A model generated the notes under the pieces. It did not search any database. It was given only the letters and a program-made list of their open reading frames with translations, and was not told where the DNA came from. 24,000 nt of DNA from Candidatus Jettenia ecosi. GTDB taxonomy: Bacteria > Planctomycetota > Brocadiia > Brocadiales > Brocadiaceae. Location of the stretch: NCBI GenBank assembly GCA_005524015.1, contig SULG01000016.1, forward strand, positions 1 through 24,000, in the 5' to 3' direction. Within the stretch, counting starts at the first letter, position 1. Every line of letters starts with the position of its first letter. Below are positions 8,924 to 16,087 of the stretch, piece after piece. Made by a program: the position numbers and the translations under genes.

Positions 8924-9295
8924 TTAATTATGTAATGAACAGCAATTTAACAGGGGTGCTTTTTGCGTATATAAATCTTCCGTCAAGCTTGTTTTTATTA
9001 ATCCCGTTGCATTTTTTTCTCTATTTGCTTGCCTTGCTACCAATATCGCTGGTAAATCTCCCTGGGGAATAAGAGGCAACTTGAGTATCTGTATCTTATA
9101 GGCAATAATGTCAGGTGATAATAAACGACTGACATGATAATTCATCTTTCTACTCTTTTCCGACAATTCGGCACAATCCTTTTGTAACTTAGCCACTTGA
9201 TATCCTATTTCTACAATTTTATTTCTCTCCCATACCACAAGTGTTGCCATCATAATAGTAATAAAAAACATCAACAATATCCGTGCTATGCCCAT
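8924..9295 (-). CDS. ftsL: FtsL-like bitopic cell-division protein
   Basis: A small protein with one N-terminal TM helix (ILLMFFITIMMATLVVW), then a heptad-like helical stretch and an RLLSPDIIAYKI..LKLPL segment resembling the FtsL family. It lies between rsmH and ftsI. The track start (9328) overlaps rsmH by 32 nt. ATG 9293-9295 (MGIARIL...) sits 1 nt after the rsmH TAA, so I use it. Confidence 0.65.
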   Translation of the reverse strand: MGIARILLMFFITIMMATLVVWERNKIVEIGYQVAKLQKDCAELSEKSRKMNYHVSRLLSPDIIAYKIQILKLPLIPQGDLPAILVARQANREKNATGLIKTSLTEDLYTQKAPLLNCCSLHN

Positions 9296-9296
9296 A

Positions 9297-10199
9297 TTAA
9301 ATCCTTTCTGCCGCTCTAAGTTTTGCACTTCTGCATCTCATGTTTTTTTCTATTTCAGCTTCACCTGGACTTATAGGCTTTTTTGTAAGTATCTTAAATA
9401 TTCCCTGATTCGCCTTTTCTATGAATTTGTTCTTTACAATTCGGTCTTCAAGAGAATGGAAACTAATAATCACAATACGAGCCCCGGCAAACATATAATG
9501 ATGAATTTTATCCAAAAAACTCCCTAAACTATCCAATTCTCTGTTTACAGCAATTCTCAATGCCTGAAATGTCCTGGTAGCAGGATGAATTTTGCTTTTG
9601 CCGATAGGAACGATTCGTTCGATTATAGCAGCCAATTGTCTTGTTGAAGTAATCCCTGTCTCTTTTTCTGCTCTTAGTATAGCCCGTGCAATTCTTCTCG
9701 ACCATCGTTCTTCTCCGTATTTCTTTAATAATTCTTCCAGCTCCTTTTCAGAAAGTCTCTGAATGAGATCATGCACCGTGACACCTCTTGATCGATCCAT
9801 CCTCATATCGAGCGGGCCTTCTTTTGAAAAACTGAAACCACGTTCTGCCCAATCAAATTGTAGTGAGGATGCTCCTAAATCAAGTAAAACACCATGCACT
9901 TTGTCAACCCCTGCTTGCCTCAATACTTCATCAACATCGGAATAATCAGCATGATAAAATTTACATAGAGTATTACTTATTTTTGATAAATATTCTTTAG
10001 CTATGTACAATATTTGCAAGTCCTTATCGATACCGATAAAAAGGCCATTTGGGTGGACTCTTTCTATTATTTTACTTGCATGCCCGCCACTTCCTACTGT
10101 ACCATCTAAAATAATTTGTCCTGGCTTTAAACATAAATAATTTAGCGCCTCTTCCACCATTACTGGTATGTGAGGAGGATTATCTACCGGATCATCCAT
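9297..10199 (-). CDS. rsmH: 16S rRNA (cytosine1402-N4)-methyltransferase RsmH (MraW)
   Basis: Contains the SAM-binding DGTVGSGGHA motif and the family-typical ISFHSLEDRIVK. Length is 300 aa. It is the second gene of the dcw operon, after mraZ. Confidence 0.96.
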   Translation of the reverse strand: MDDPVDNPPHIPVMVEEALNYLCLKPGQIILDGTVGSGGHASKIIERVHPNGLFIGIDKDLQILYIAKEYLSKISNTLCKFYHADYSDVDEVLRQAGVDKVHGVLLDLGASSLQFDWAERGFSFSKEGPLDMRMDRSRGVTVHDLIQRLSEKELEELLKKYGEERWSRRIARAILRAEKETGITSTRQLAAIIERIVPIGKSKIHPATRTFQALRIAVNRELDSLGSFLDKIHHYMFAGARIVIISFHSLEDRIVKNKFIEKANQGIFKILTKKPISPGEAEIEKNMRCRSAKLRAAERI

Positions 10200-10237
10200 T
10201 TTATTACATGAAACTTTTATAAAATATGGGAGAGTAC

Positions 10238-10708
10238 TTATTCCGCTTCATCTTCTGAAGAACGGTTAAATTGAAATAAATCCTCTGCGATCTCTTCAAA
10301 TGCTTTCTCATATTCCAACTCAAAATCCTTCCATCTTTTTTCATCCCAAATCTCAATACGGCTATTTACCCCTACAATCACAATATTCTTTTGAATCTTA
10401 GCAAAATCTTTCAAATATTGAGGAATCAGTATACGACCTTGCGGGTCACATTCCGGAATTTTCTGTGCTTTAGAAAAAAAAAGGCGCTGGAATTGACGCG
10501 CCTTTTTATTAGTAAAAGAGAGTTTTTCGATCCTTGAAACGACATTCTGCCATACTTTGGGTGTATACATGAACAGACACGTATCTAGTCCCCGGGTTAT
10601 AAAAAATCCCTTTCCTTCTGCCTCTATGTTGATACTTTCACGTAGAGGAGCCGGTATGGCTAGTCTATTCTTGTCATCAATTGTGTGATGGTATTCCCCG
10701 GTGAACAT
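10238..10708 (-). CDS. mraZ: Transcriptional regulator MraZ
   Basis: Has the MFTGEYHHTIDDKNRLAIPA N-terminus and a second DPQGRILIP repeat, giving two SpoVT/AbrB-like DxxxR motifs. Length is 156 aa. It is the first gene of the dcw cluster. Confidence 0.96.
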   Translation of the reverse strand: MFTGEYHHTIDDKNRLAIPAPLRESINIEAEGKGFFITRGLDTCLFMYTPKVWQNVVSRIEKLSFTNKKARQFQRLFFSKAQKIPECDPQGRILIPQYLKDFAKIQKNIVIVGVNSRIEIWDEKRWKDFELEYEKAFEEIAEDLFQFNRSSEDEAE

Positions 10709-10720
10709 TTATAAATTTTC

Positions 10721-10750
10721 CCCCCACTTTTCACCACTTAATACCACTTA
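10721..10750 (-). promoter_or_regulatory. Three phased direct repeats TAAGTGGTAT / TAAGTGGTGA / AAAGTGGGGG; candidate MraZ operator
   Basis: CCACTT occurs on the plus strand at 10724-10729, 10734-10739 and 10744-10749, an exact 10-bp periodicity. The repeats lie between the predicted -10 and the mraZ ATG. As I recall, MraZ boxes in E. coli and Mollicutes share the GTGG core and 10-bp phasing. Confidence 0.55.
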
Positions 10751-10758
10751 CCGTAATG

Positions 10759-10786
10759 ACAATAAACTTTTTTAGATATTTGTCAA
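10759..10786 (-). promoter_or_regulatory. Candidate dcw promoter (Pmra-like): TTGACA-16 nt-TATTGT
   Basis: The sense strand reads cttcTTGACAaatatctaaaaaagttTATTGTcattacgg. The perfect -35 is rc of 10781-10786 and the -10 is rc of 10759-10764. The repeats begin 8 nt downstream of the -10. Confidence 0.4.
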
Positions 10787-10971
10787 GAAGTATTTTTCTT
10801 ATTACCTTGCAGAGGATAAAATCAAGGCACCCCTACATACAATAATTTGTATTTTTAAAATATGTATATACTATATATTGTATTATACTTTAAACATTTT
10901 TAAAGAAATACTTGAAGTTAATTTTTTTAACTCATGAGCTTATAATATTGATTAGCTATCTAAAATAATGT

Positions 10972-12060
10972 ATGATAATTTTCATGAACGTTATTGTACC
11001 TAAGTCAGTTGAAATCTGTACTAAATTAGCCGATTTCGATTATGATCTTCCAAAAGACTTAATTGCACAGCAGCCGCTGGAAAATCGTGATGATGCGCGA
11101 CTTTTGATACTCTATCGGAATACAGGTAAAATAGAACACCGTAAATTTTATGAAATTACTGATTATCTTTCCGATGGGGACTTATTGGTCCTAAATAATA
11201 CAAAGGTAATTCCAGCACGCATACGAGGAAACAAGACCAGCGGCGCTTCAATTGAATTGTTATTTATAGAAGAGTTAGAAGAGAATCGATGGAAGGTATT
11301 AATAAAATCAAGGACAAGATTAAGAGAAAAAGAAGAAATACGTATTGATAGCAGGGTAATCTCTGTAAATTTACTCGAAAGATCAGAAGATGGCGCATGG
11401 TATGTAGAGTTTAATAAAGATGTTGATGTAAAAAGACTTATGAATCAAATGGGAGAAATGCCACTACCTCCCTATATAAAACGCAAGAAAGATAGCAACG
11501 CATTATATTCGCTGGATCAAGAACGATATCAAACGGTATTTGCCGAAAAAACAGGCGCTATTGCAGCTCCAACAGCGGGCCTGCATTTTAGTCAAAACAT
11601 TCTTAAGAATATAAAGACACTTGGAACAGAAATAGAATTTATTACCCTCCATGTAGGTTTAGGCACTTTTCTGCCCATCAAAACAGAAGATATCCGAGAC
11701 CATCAGATGCATAAAGAATATTATGAATGTTCTGAAGAAATTATTCAAAAAATAAAGAAGACGAAAGAAAAAAATAGCCGTGTAATCGCGACTGGAAGTA
11801 CCTCCTGCCGCGCTCTCGAAACGGTTGCCATGAATGGTAAAACACCACAACTTTCTGGTTGGACAAGTTTATTTATACACCCTCCCTATCATTTTCAGTA
11901 TGTTGATATTTTACTTACTAATTTTCATCTCCCGAAAACTACACTATTATTATTAGTCTCTGCCTTTGCAGGGAGGGAAAATATCATGAATGCTTACGAA
12001 ACAGCCAAAAGTAAAGGATACCGTTTTTTTAGCTATGGAGATTGCATGATGATTATTTAG
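10972..12060 (+). CDS. queA: S-adenosylmethionine:tRNA ribosyltransferase-isomerase QueA (queuosine biosynthesis)
   Basis: Contains LADFDYDLPKDLIAQQP, PTAGLHF, VGLGTFLP, ATGSTSCRALE and RFFSYGDCMMI, all QueA hallmarks. The start is uncertain between ATG 10972 and ATG 10984, and neither has a clear SD. A TATAAT lies at 10941-10946 upstream. Confidence 0.94.
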   Translation: MIIFMNVIVPKSVEICTKLADFDYDLPKDLIAQQPLENRDDARLLILYRNTGKIEHRKFYEITDYLSDGDLLVLNNTKVIPARIRGNKTSGASIELLFIEELEENRWKVLIKSRTRLREKEEIRIDSRVISVNLLERSEDGAWYVEFNKDVDVKRLMNQMGEMPLPPYIKRKKDSNALYSLDQERYQTVFAEKTGAIAAPTAGLHFSQNILKNIKTLGTEIEFITLHVGLGTFLPIKTEDIRDHQMHKEYYECSEEIIQKIKKTKEKNSRVIATGSTSCRALETVAMNGKTPQLSGWTSLFIHPPYHFQYVDILLTNFHLPKTTLLLLVSAFAGRENIMNAYETAKSKGYRFFSYGDCMMII

Positions 12061-12078
12061 GGGGAAAATAAGAATTTA

Positions 12079-12519
12079 TCAACTTCCTAATTTTTCTCTT
12101 AAATATATTTGTACCTTCTTTCCATCTAAGGCACTGCCATATTTGCTCATAATTAACTTCATTGCTACTCCCATCTCTTTTGCAGTAAACTTATTACTTT
12201 CAATAACTTCACTAACGATTTTTTTAATTTCATCATCTGATAGTTGTTCCGGCAGATATTCCCCGACAATTGCAATCTCTCTATCTAATTCCTTTACCTT
12301 CTCAGGTAGATGCAATCTTTCATATTCTTCGCGAGTTTTTTTGAGTTTCTTATAATATCCACGAACGACCTCAACATAATCAATTTGATCTTTTGGTTTA
12401 CCAGATGTATCGGCAATCTTAACATCAGCAAGCATCATACGCAATACCGATGTCCTTAACTTATCTTGTGCCTTCATAGCCGTTTTTAAGTCTTCTGTTA
12501 TCCGATCTTTCAAATTCAT
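12079..12519 (-). CDS. GatB/YqeY-domain protein
   Basis: The N-terminus MNLKDRITEDLKTAMKAQDKLRTSVLRMMLADVK, the length (146 aa) and the C-terminal region (MGVAMKLIMSKYGSALDGKKV) match the YqeY-like family. A GAGGA SD lies 7 nt upstream. It starts 3 nt after the upstream zinc-ribbon gene's stop. Confidence 0.85.
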   Translation of the reverse strand: MNLKDRITEDLKTAMKAQDKLRTSVLRMMLADVKIADTSGKPKDQIDYVEVVRGYYKKLKKTREEYERLHLPEKVKELDREIAIVGEYLPEQLSDDEIKKIVSEVIESNKFTAKEMGVAMKLIMSKYGSALDGKKVQIYLREKLGS

Positions 12520-12522
12520 GAT

Positions 12523-12807
12523 CTAGTCCTCTTTAAATGAATATCCCCCAACTTTATGTCCACAATTAGGACAATACAAGGGTGCACCCTCGTAATATTT
12601 ACCACAATATTTACAAGGTGTTAAGATTTCTACTCTTTTAACCTGCTTTGCTCTTACTACCAGATAGAGCGGCAGAAACACAATCATCAGAAAAAATACC
12701 CCTAACATCCAACCCACAGCGGCAAGAGTTTTGTATCCCCTGTTTTTAGCGTCCATATACACCCAAACAGCGACTCCTGCTGCAATAATTAATCCAAGAA
12801 ATCTCAT
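12523..12807 (-). CDS. Small membrane protein with two TM helices and a C-terminal CxxC...CxxC zinc ribbon
   Basis: Has two hydrophobic spans (LGLIIAAGVAVWVY and WMLGVFFLMIVFLPLYLVV) and the ribbon CKYCGKYYEGAPLYCPNCGHKV. The ATG has a GGGTGAG SD. It is tightly linked to the YqeY-domain gene. Function is unknown. Confidence 0.6.
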   Translation of the reverse strand: MRFLGLIIAAGVAVWVYMDAKNRGYKTLAAVGWMLGVFFLMIVFLPLYLVVRAKQVKRVEILTPCKYCGKYYEGAPLYCPNCGHKVGGYSFKED

Positions 12808-12832
12808 AACTCACCCTTTCCAAATTCTTAGA

Positions 12833-12861
12833 AATATAGCACATAAAATTTTTCAAATCAA
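12833..12861 (-). promoter_or_regulatory. Candidate promoter for the zinc-ribbon/YqeY operon: TTGATT-17 nt-(TGc)TATATT
   Basis: The sense strand reads tgtTTGATTtgaaaaattttatgtgcTATATTtc. The -35 is rc of 12856-12861 and the -10 is rc of 12833-12838. An extended -10 TG is present. Confidence 0.35.
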
Positions 12862-12919
12862 ACAATTATCAAGATCCCCCGTCTGATTCAAAAACATTAG
12901 CATAGTAAGAAAATTGCTC

Positions 12920-12947
12920 TTGAAAGAATTAAACCTTTTAGTACAAT
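12920..12947 (+). promoter_or_regulatory. Candidate promoter for the CPKC mini-protein gene: TTGAAA-16 nt-TACAAT
   Basis: TTGAAA is at 12920-12925 and TACAAT at 12942-12947. This is about 60 nt upstream of the AGGAG SD (13001-13005). Confidence 0.35.
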
Positions 12948-13012
12948 AGCATTTTACATTTTAACATGAATTATTACAATAGATACAATAAATCTATTAC
13001 AGGAGATTGGTA

Positions 13013-13204
13013 ATGAAATACCTATATACGGCCGAAAATTGTCCGAAATGTGAGTCTTTAAAAAAGAAATACAAGACTGAAGGTGTACAATTTATCGAAA
13101 GGGATGCAGACCGGATTAAGCGGCCTGATGATGAAATCGACCGTGAAGCTTTGGTACAAGCATCGATGCAAAATATGGAACTACCGGTAGAGGTAGATAT
13201 GTAA
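13013..13204 (+). CDS. Glutaredoxin/NrdH-like thioredoxin-fold mini-protein with a CPKC active-site motif (63 aa)
   Basis: The sequence MKYLYTAENCPKCESLKKKYKTEGVQFIERD... gives beta1-CxxC-alpha1-beta2 of a Grx fold, followed by a putative cis-Pro strand (ELPVEV). The AGGAG SD is 7 nt upstream of ATG 13013. The track start TTG 13007 is too close to the SD. Confidence 0.55.
   Translation: MKYLYTAENCPKCESLKKKYKTEGVQFIERDADRIKRPDDEIDREALVQASMQNMELPVEVDM
13181..13196. terminator. Weak hairpin at the convergent junction of the mini-Grx gene and the ABC operon (possible bidirectional terminator)
   Basis: CTACC (13181-13185), loop ggtaga, GGTAG (13192-13196). It is flanked by aaaatatggaa upstream and atatgtaatttta downstream, so each strand sees a stem plus a T-rich tail. 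The stem is only 5 bp. It lies inside the last codons of the plus-strand CDS. Confidence 0.25.
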
Positions 13205-13206
13205 TT

Positions 13207-13965
13207 TTAACCTTTAGTTAAACCCCAGCGTTCTCTTATATGTTTTTCCATTTTAACAAAAAACAAACGGTCGACTAAAATACCAATAATAATAATTACA
13301 ATCATTACGGCGATAACCTGGCTCATATCATTTAATTCTCTTCCGATCATTAAAAGATGTCCCAGCCCAAGGCATACAATTAACAACTCACCGGCCATCA
13401 ATGAACGCCAGGCAAAAGACCATCCTTGCTTCATCCCTGTAATGATATAGGGAAGAGCAGCAGGAAGAATAATCTCAAAGTATAAATTCAATCCTCTTGC
13501 TCCCATAGTCTTTGCTGCGCGAATATAGAGAGGAGGCACACTTTTAATTCCCGCATCTGTTGCAATGGTAATAGAAAGCACAGCACCCATAGCAACTAAA
13601 AATATAATGGCCTTGTCATTCAAGCCAAACCAAAGCAACGCCAAAGGTAGCCAGCAGATTGTAGGTAATGTTTGTAAGCCTGAGATTAAAGAACCAAGTG
13701 TTTCTTCAAAAATCCGAACTCTTCCAATAAGCAGACCCAAAAGAACACCGATAACGATGGAAATCCCATACCCAATAGCAATTCTTTTCATACTAATCGC
13801 TATCCCTATAAGGAACGTTTGATCCTGAAACCCATGAATCAGGGTTTTGTACACTGAAATGGGAGAAGGAAGAACATATTCTGGCCATATTGCCAACCGA
13901 AATAATAACTCCCAAATTCCAAGCAACAGGGTAAAGAATATCACTTTTTTAAAGATACTGTACAT
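13207..13965 (-). CDS. ABC transporter permease, NitT/TauT (sulfonate/taurine/nitrate) family
   Basis: A multi-TM protein of 252 aa with the EAA-type loop RAAKTMGARGLNLYFEIILPAALPYIITGMK, typical of SsuC/TauC-like permeases. The ATG is 3 nt after the ATPase stop, and its GGAGGG SD lies inside the ATPase 3' end. Confidence 0.92.
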   Translation of the reverse strand: MYSIFKKVIFFTLLLGIWELLFRLAIWPEYVLPSPISVYKTLIHGFQDQTFLIGIAISMKRIAIGYGISIVIGVLLGLLIGRVRIFEETLGSLISGLQTLPTICWLPLALLWFGLNDKAIIFLVAMGAVLSITIATDAGIKSVPPLYIRAAKTMGARGLNLYFEIILPAALPYIITGMKQGWSFAWRSLMAGELLIVCLGLGHLLMIGRELNDMSQVIAVMIVIIIIGILVDRLFFVKMEKHIRERWGLTKG

Positions 13966-13968
13966 GTA

Positions 13969-14892
13969 TCAAATCCCTCCACCAATATCCATTTTTGCTG
14001 GTTCGTCTGTTGTACATTTTATGTCACACTCGACACAAGAATCGGTATCCATCTCGCACTTCACAACTTTACTGATCTCCGCTTTCAGCTCTTTCATAAC
14101 CCATGTAGAATACTCCGCTACATTCACATCATTATCATCACGAGGCCTTGGTAAATCAACCAAAAATTCTTTCTTAATTTTTCCTGGTGTGGTGGAAAGG
14201 ACTATTATCCGGTCTGCTAAACACACAGCTTCCCGGATATTATGGGTAATAAATAAGATTGTTTTTTTTGTTTTTAACCATATATTCTGTAATTCAAAAT
14301 GAAGTATCCATCTTGTCTGTGCATCGAGCGCCGAAAAGGGCTCGTCCATCAAAAGCATCTCCGGATTCATAGCAAGTGCTCTTGCTATGGCAACACGCTG
14401 CTTCATTCCGCCGGAAAGTTCATGCACATGTGAATTCTGGAATTTTGACAAATGAACCATTTTGAGATATTCAATCGCAGTATTTCTCCTTTCACTACCG
14501 TTAACGCCCTTTAATTTTAGTCCAAATTCAACATTTTTTATCACATTCATCCATGGGAAAAGAGCGGCCTCTTGAAATATAACAACCCGGTCTGTTCCTG
14601 CGCCATTTACTCTACGACCATTAGCCCATATCTCTCCGGAATCTGCCTTCTCAAGTCCTGCAACAATGTTTAAGAGAGTCGTCTTTCCACATCCGGAAGG
14701 CCCGACGATACATACAAATTCTCCTTGCCGTATTTCAAGGTTTATATCTTCTAATACATAAACCTTTCCATTCTTTGATTGGAACGATTTAGATAAATGT
14801 TGAATACGTAATTTCGTAGATGTTTGTGCTTCGGTTTTGACATTTGTATAATCCAACTCTACGAGACTATCAATTCCTATGCTTTCTGACAC
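13969..14892 (-). CDS. ABC transporter ATP-binding protein, NitT/TauT family, with a C-terminal 4-Cys tail
   Basis: Contains Walker A GPSGCGKTT, signature LSGGMKQR, Walker B LLMDEPFSALD, H-loop FITHNIREA and the family-typical LPRPR. The track start TTG 14910 lies inside the GGGAGGAAG SD. GTG 14890-14892 lies 7-10 nt downstream, so I use it. The extra tail is KCEMDTDSCVECDIKC. Confidence 0.92.
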   Translation of the reverse strand: MSESIGIDSLVELDYTNVKTEAQTSTKLRIQHLSKSFQSKNGKVYVLEDINLEIRQGEFVCIVGPSGCGKTTLLNIVAGLEKADSGEIWANGRRVNGAGTDRVVIFQEAALFPWMNVIKNVEFGLKLKGVNGSERRNTAIEYLKMVHLSKFQNSHVHELSGGMKQRVAIARALAMNPEMLLMDEPFSALDAQTRWILHFELQNIWLKTKKTILFITHNIREAVCLADRIIVLSTTPGKIKKEFLVDLPRPRDDNDVNVAEYSTWVMKELKAEISKVVKCEMDTDSCVECDIKCTTDEPAKMDIGGGI

Positions 14893-14927
14893 GACGTTAC
14901 TTCCTCCCAATAGCCATAAATTATATT

Positions 14928-15965
14928 TTATCGTTCATCCACGAGCGGCAACGATTTCTCCTTAAGCACTTCATTGAGTAAACGCAAATCGATCATACCT
15001 GATAAATCAGGCATCTTTTCCCCTAAAAAGCCAGCATTATACGCCATCTCCGCATAAGAAACCAGAGAGAGGACAACAGGATCATACGTAATTTCTAATT
15101 TTGAAAAGGCACCATCAATTACTTCCTTCGGTAATTGTATTCCAGAAATGACCTTAATCTGCTTACAAATAATTTTCTTTGCTTTTTTAGGATGTTGATT
15201 AATCCACCGGCTTATTTTAACATGGGCCCCTAACCACCGTTTTACTAAATCAGGATGTTTCTGCAAAAAGTCTGTCCCGACTATTATCAGCGTTGAACAA
15301 AAACGACCATCTTTCCATAAGCTTTTCTCATCAAGAAAAATCTTACCTTTTCCCTCGATAACGAGCCTGGTTCCCCACGGTTCTGGCACCCAGGCTCCAT
15401 CTATTTGTTTTCTCATAAAAAGATTCAATATATCAGGATTACGTAAGGGCAGGATATTAACCGTCCCTCCCCTCTCCCGAGGTTTCAAACCACTTTTTCT
15501 CAGATATTCCCGAAGGGCAATATCCTGTGTGTTTCCAAGCTGTGGCGATGCAATGCGCTTTTCAGAAAGATCGGCAGCCTTTTCCATTCCGGAATCTGGC
15601 CTCACAATAAACAGCGCCCCACCGCTTACTACACCAGAAACTACCTTGAATGCCTTACCGCCTGACCGCACATACCCATTTATAGCAGGACTGGGACCAA
15701 CATATGCAATATCGATATCCCCGGAAAATACTGCTTCAATGATAGATGGGCCCGCATTAAAAAGGGTAGTCTTTATCTTAATTTCAGGCCCTAAGTAAGA
15801 TGCAAAAGTACCGTTGGCTAATCCAAGAACCGCCTGTGCATGAGTAATGTTCGGAAAATATCCAACCCGGATTACAGAATTATTGGCCTTCTTCGAACAG
15901 GCAATACCATGTATAATAAAAAAGAACAAAAGCAGCAAAACACCAAAAAATCTTAAAATCTTCAC
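14928..15965 (-). CDS. ABC transporter periplasmic substrate-binding protein, SsuA/TauA/NMT1-like; substrate not determinable
   Basis: Has an N-terminal signal peptide ending ...FIIHGIAC-SKK, so it is a possible lipoprotein, although the lipobox is non-canonical. The IRVGYFPNITHAQ... and ...IDGAWVPEPW segments resemble aliphatic-sulfonate-family binding proteins. Length is 345 aa. The start is GTG. It is the first gene of the binding protein-ATPase-permease operon (tauABC-like order). Confidence 0.87.
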   Translation of the reverse strand: MKILRFFGVLLLLFFFIIHGIACSKKANNSVIRVGYFPNITHAQAVLGLANGTFASYLGPEIKIKTTLFNAGPSIIEAVFSGDIDIAYVGPSPAINGYVRSGGKAFKVVSGVVSGGALFIVRPDSGMEKAADLSEKRIASPQLGNTQDIALREYLRKSGLKPRERGGTVNILPLRNPDILNLFMRKQIDGAWVPEPWGTRLVIEGKGKIFLDEKSLWKDGRFCSTLIIVGTDFLQKHPDLVKRWLGAHVKISRWINQHPKKAKKIICKQIKVISGIQLPKEVIDGAFSKLEITYDPVVLSLVSYAEMAYNAGFLGEKMPDLSGMIDLRLLNEVLKEKSLPLVDER

Positions 15966-16039
15966 TCTCTTCTTTTATCCCAATTTATTCATAAATTATA
16001 AAATCATTAAAACACAAATCTGGGAAGTCATGGACTAGT

Positions 16040-16070
16040 AAAAACCCATAAAATCTACCATATTGGTAGA
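16040..16070 (-). terminator. Perfect 7-bp dyad TCTACCA-ata-TGGTAGA followed by TTTTATGGGTTTTT; either the Rrf2 gene terminator or an operator for the ABC operon
   Basis: On the plus strand, tctacca is at 16054-16060, tat follows, and tggtaga is at 16064-16070. On the sense strand the hairpin starts 17 nt after the Rrf2 TAA and is followed by a T-rich tract (rc of 16040-16053). It lies about 90 nt upstream of the binding-protein GTG. Confidence 0.4.
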
Positions 16071-16087
16071 CATTTAGCTAAAATTTT

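Noticed and set aside
12061-12078. Expected a terminator in the 18-nt gap between convergent queA and the YqeY-domain gene.
   Set aside because: No stem-loop can be drawn in or around ggggaaaataagaatttatc. Nothing to annotate.
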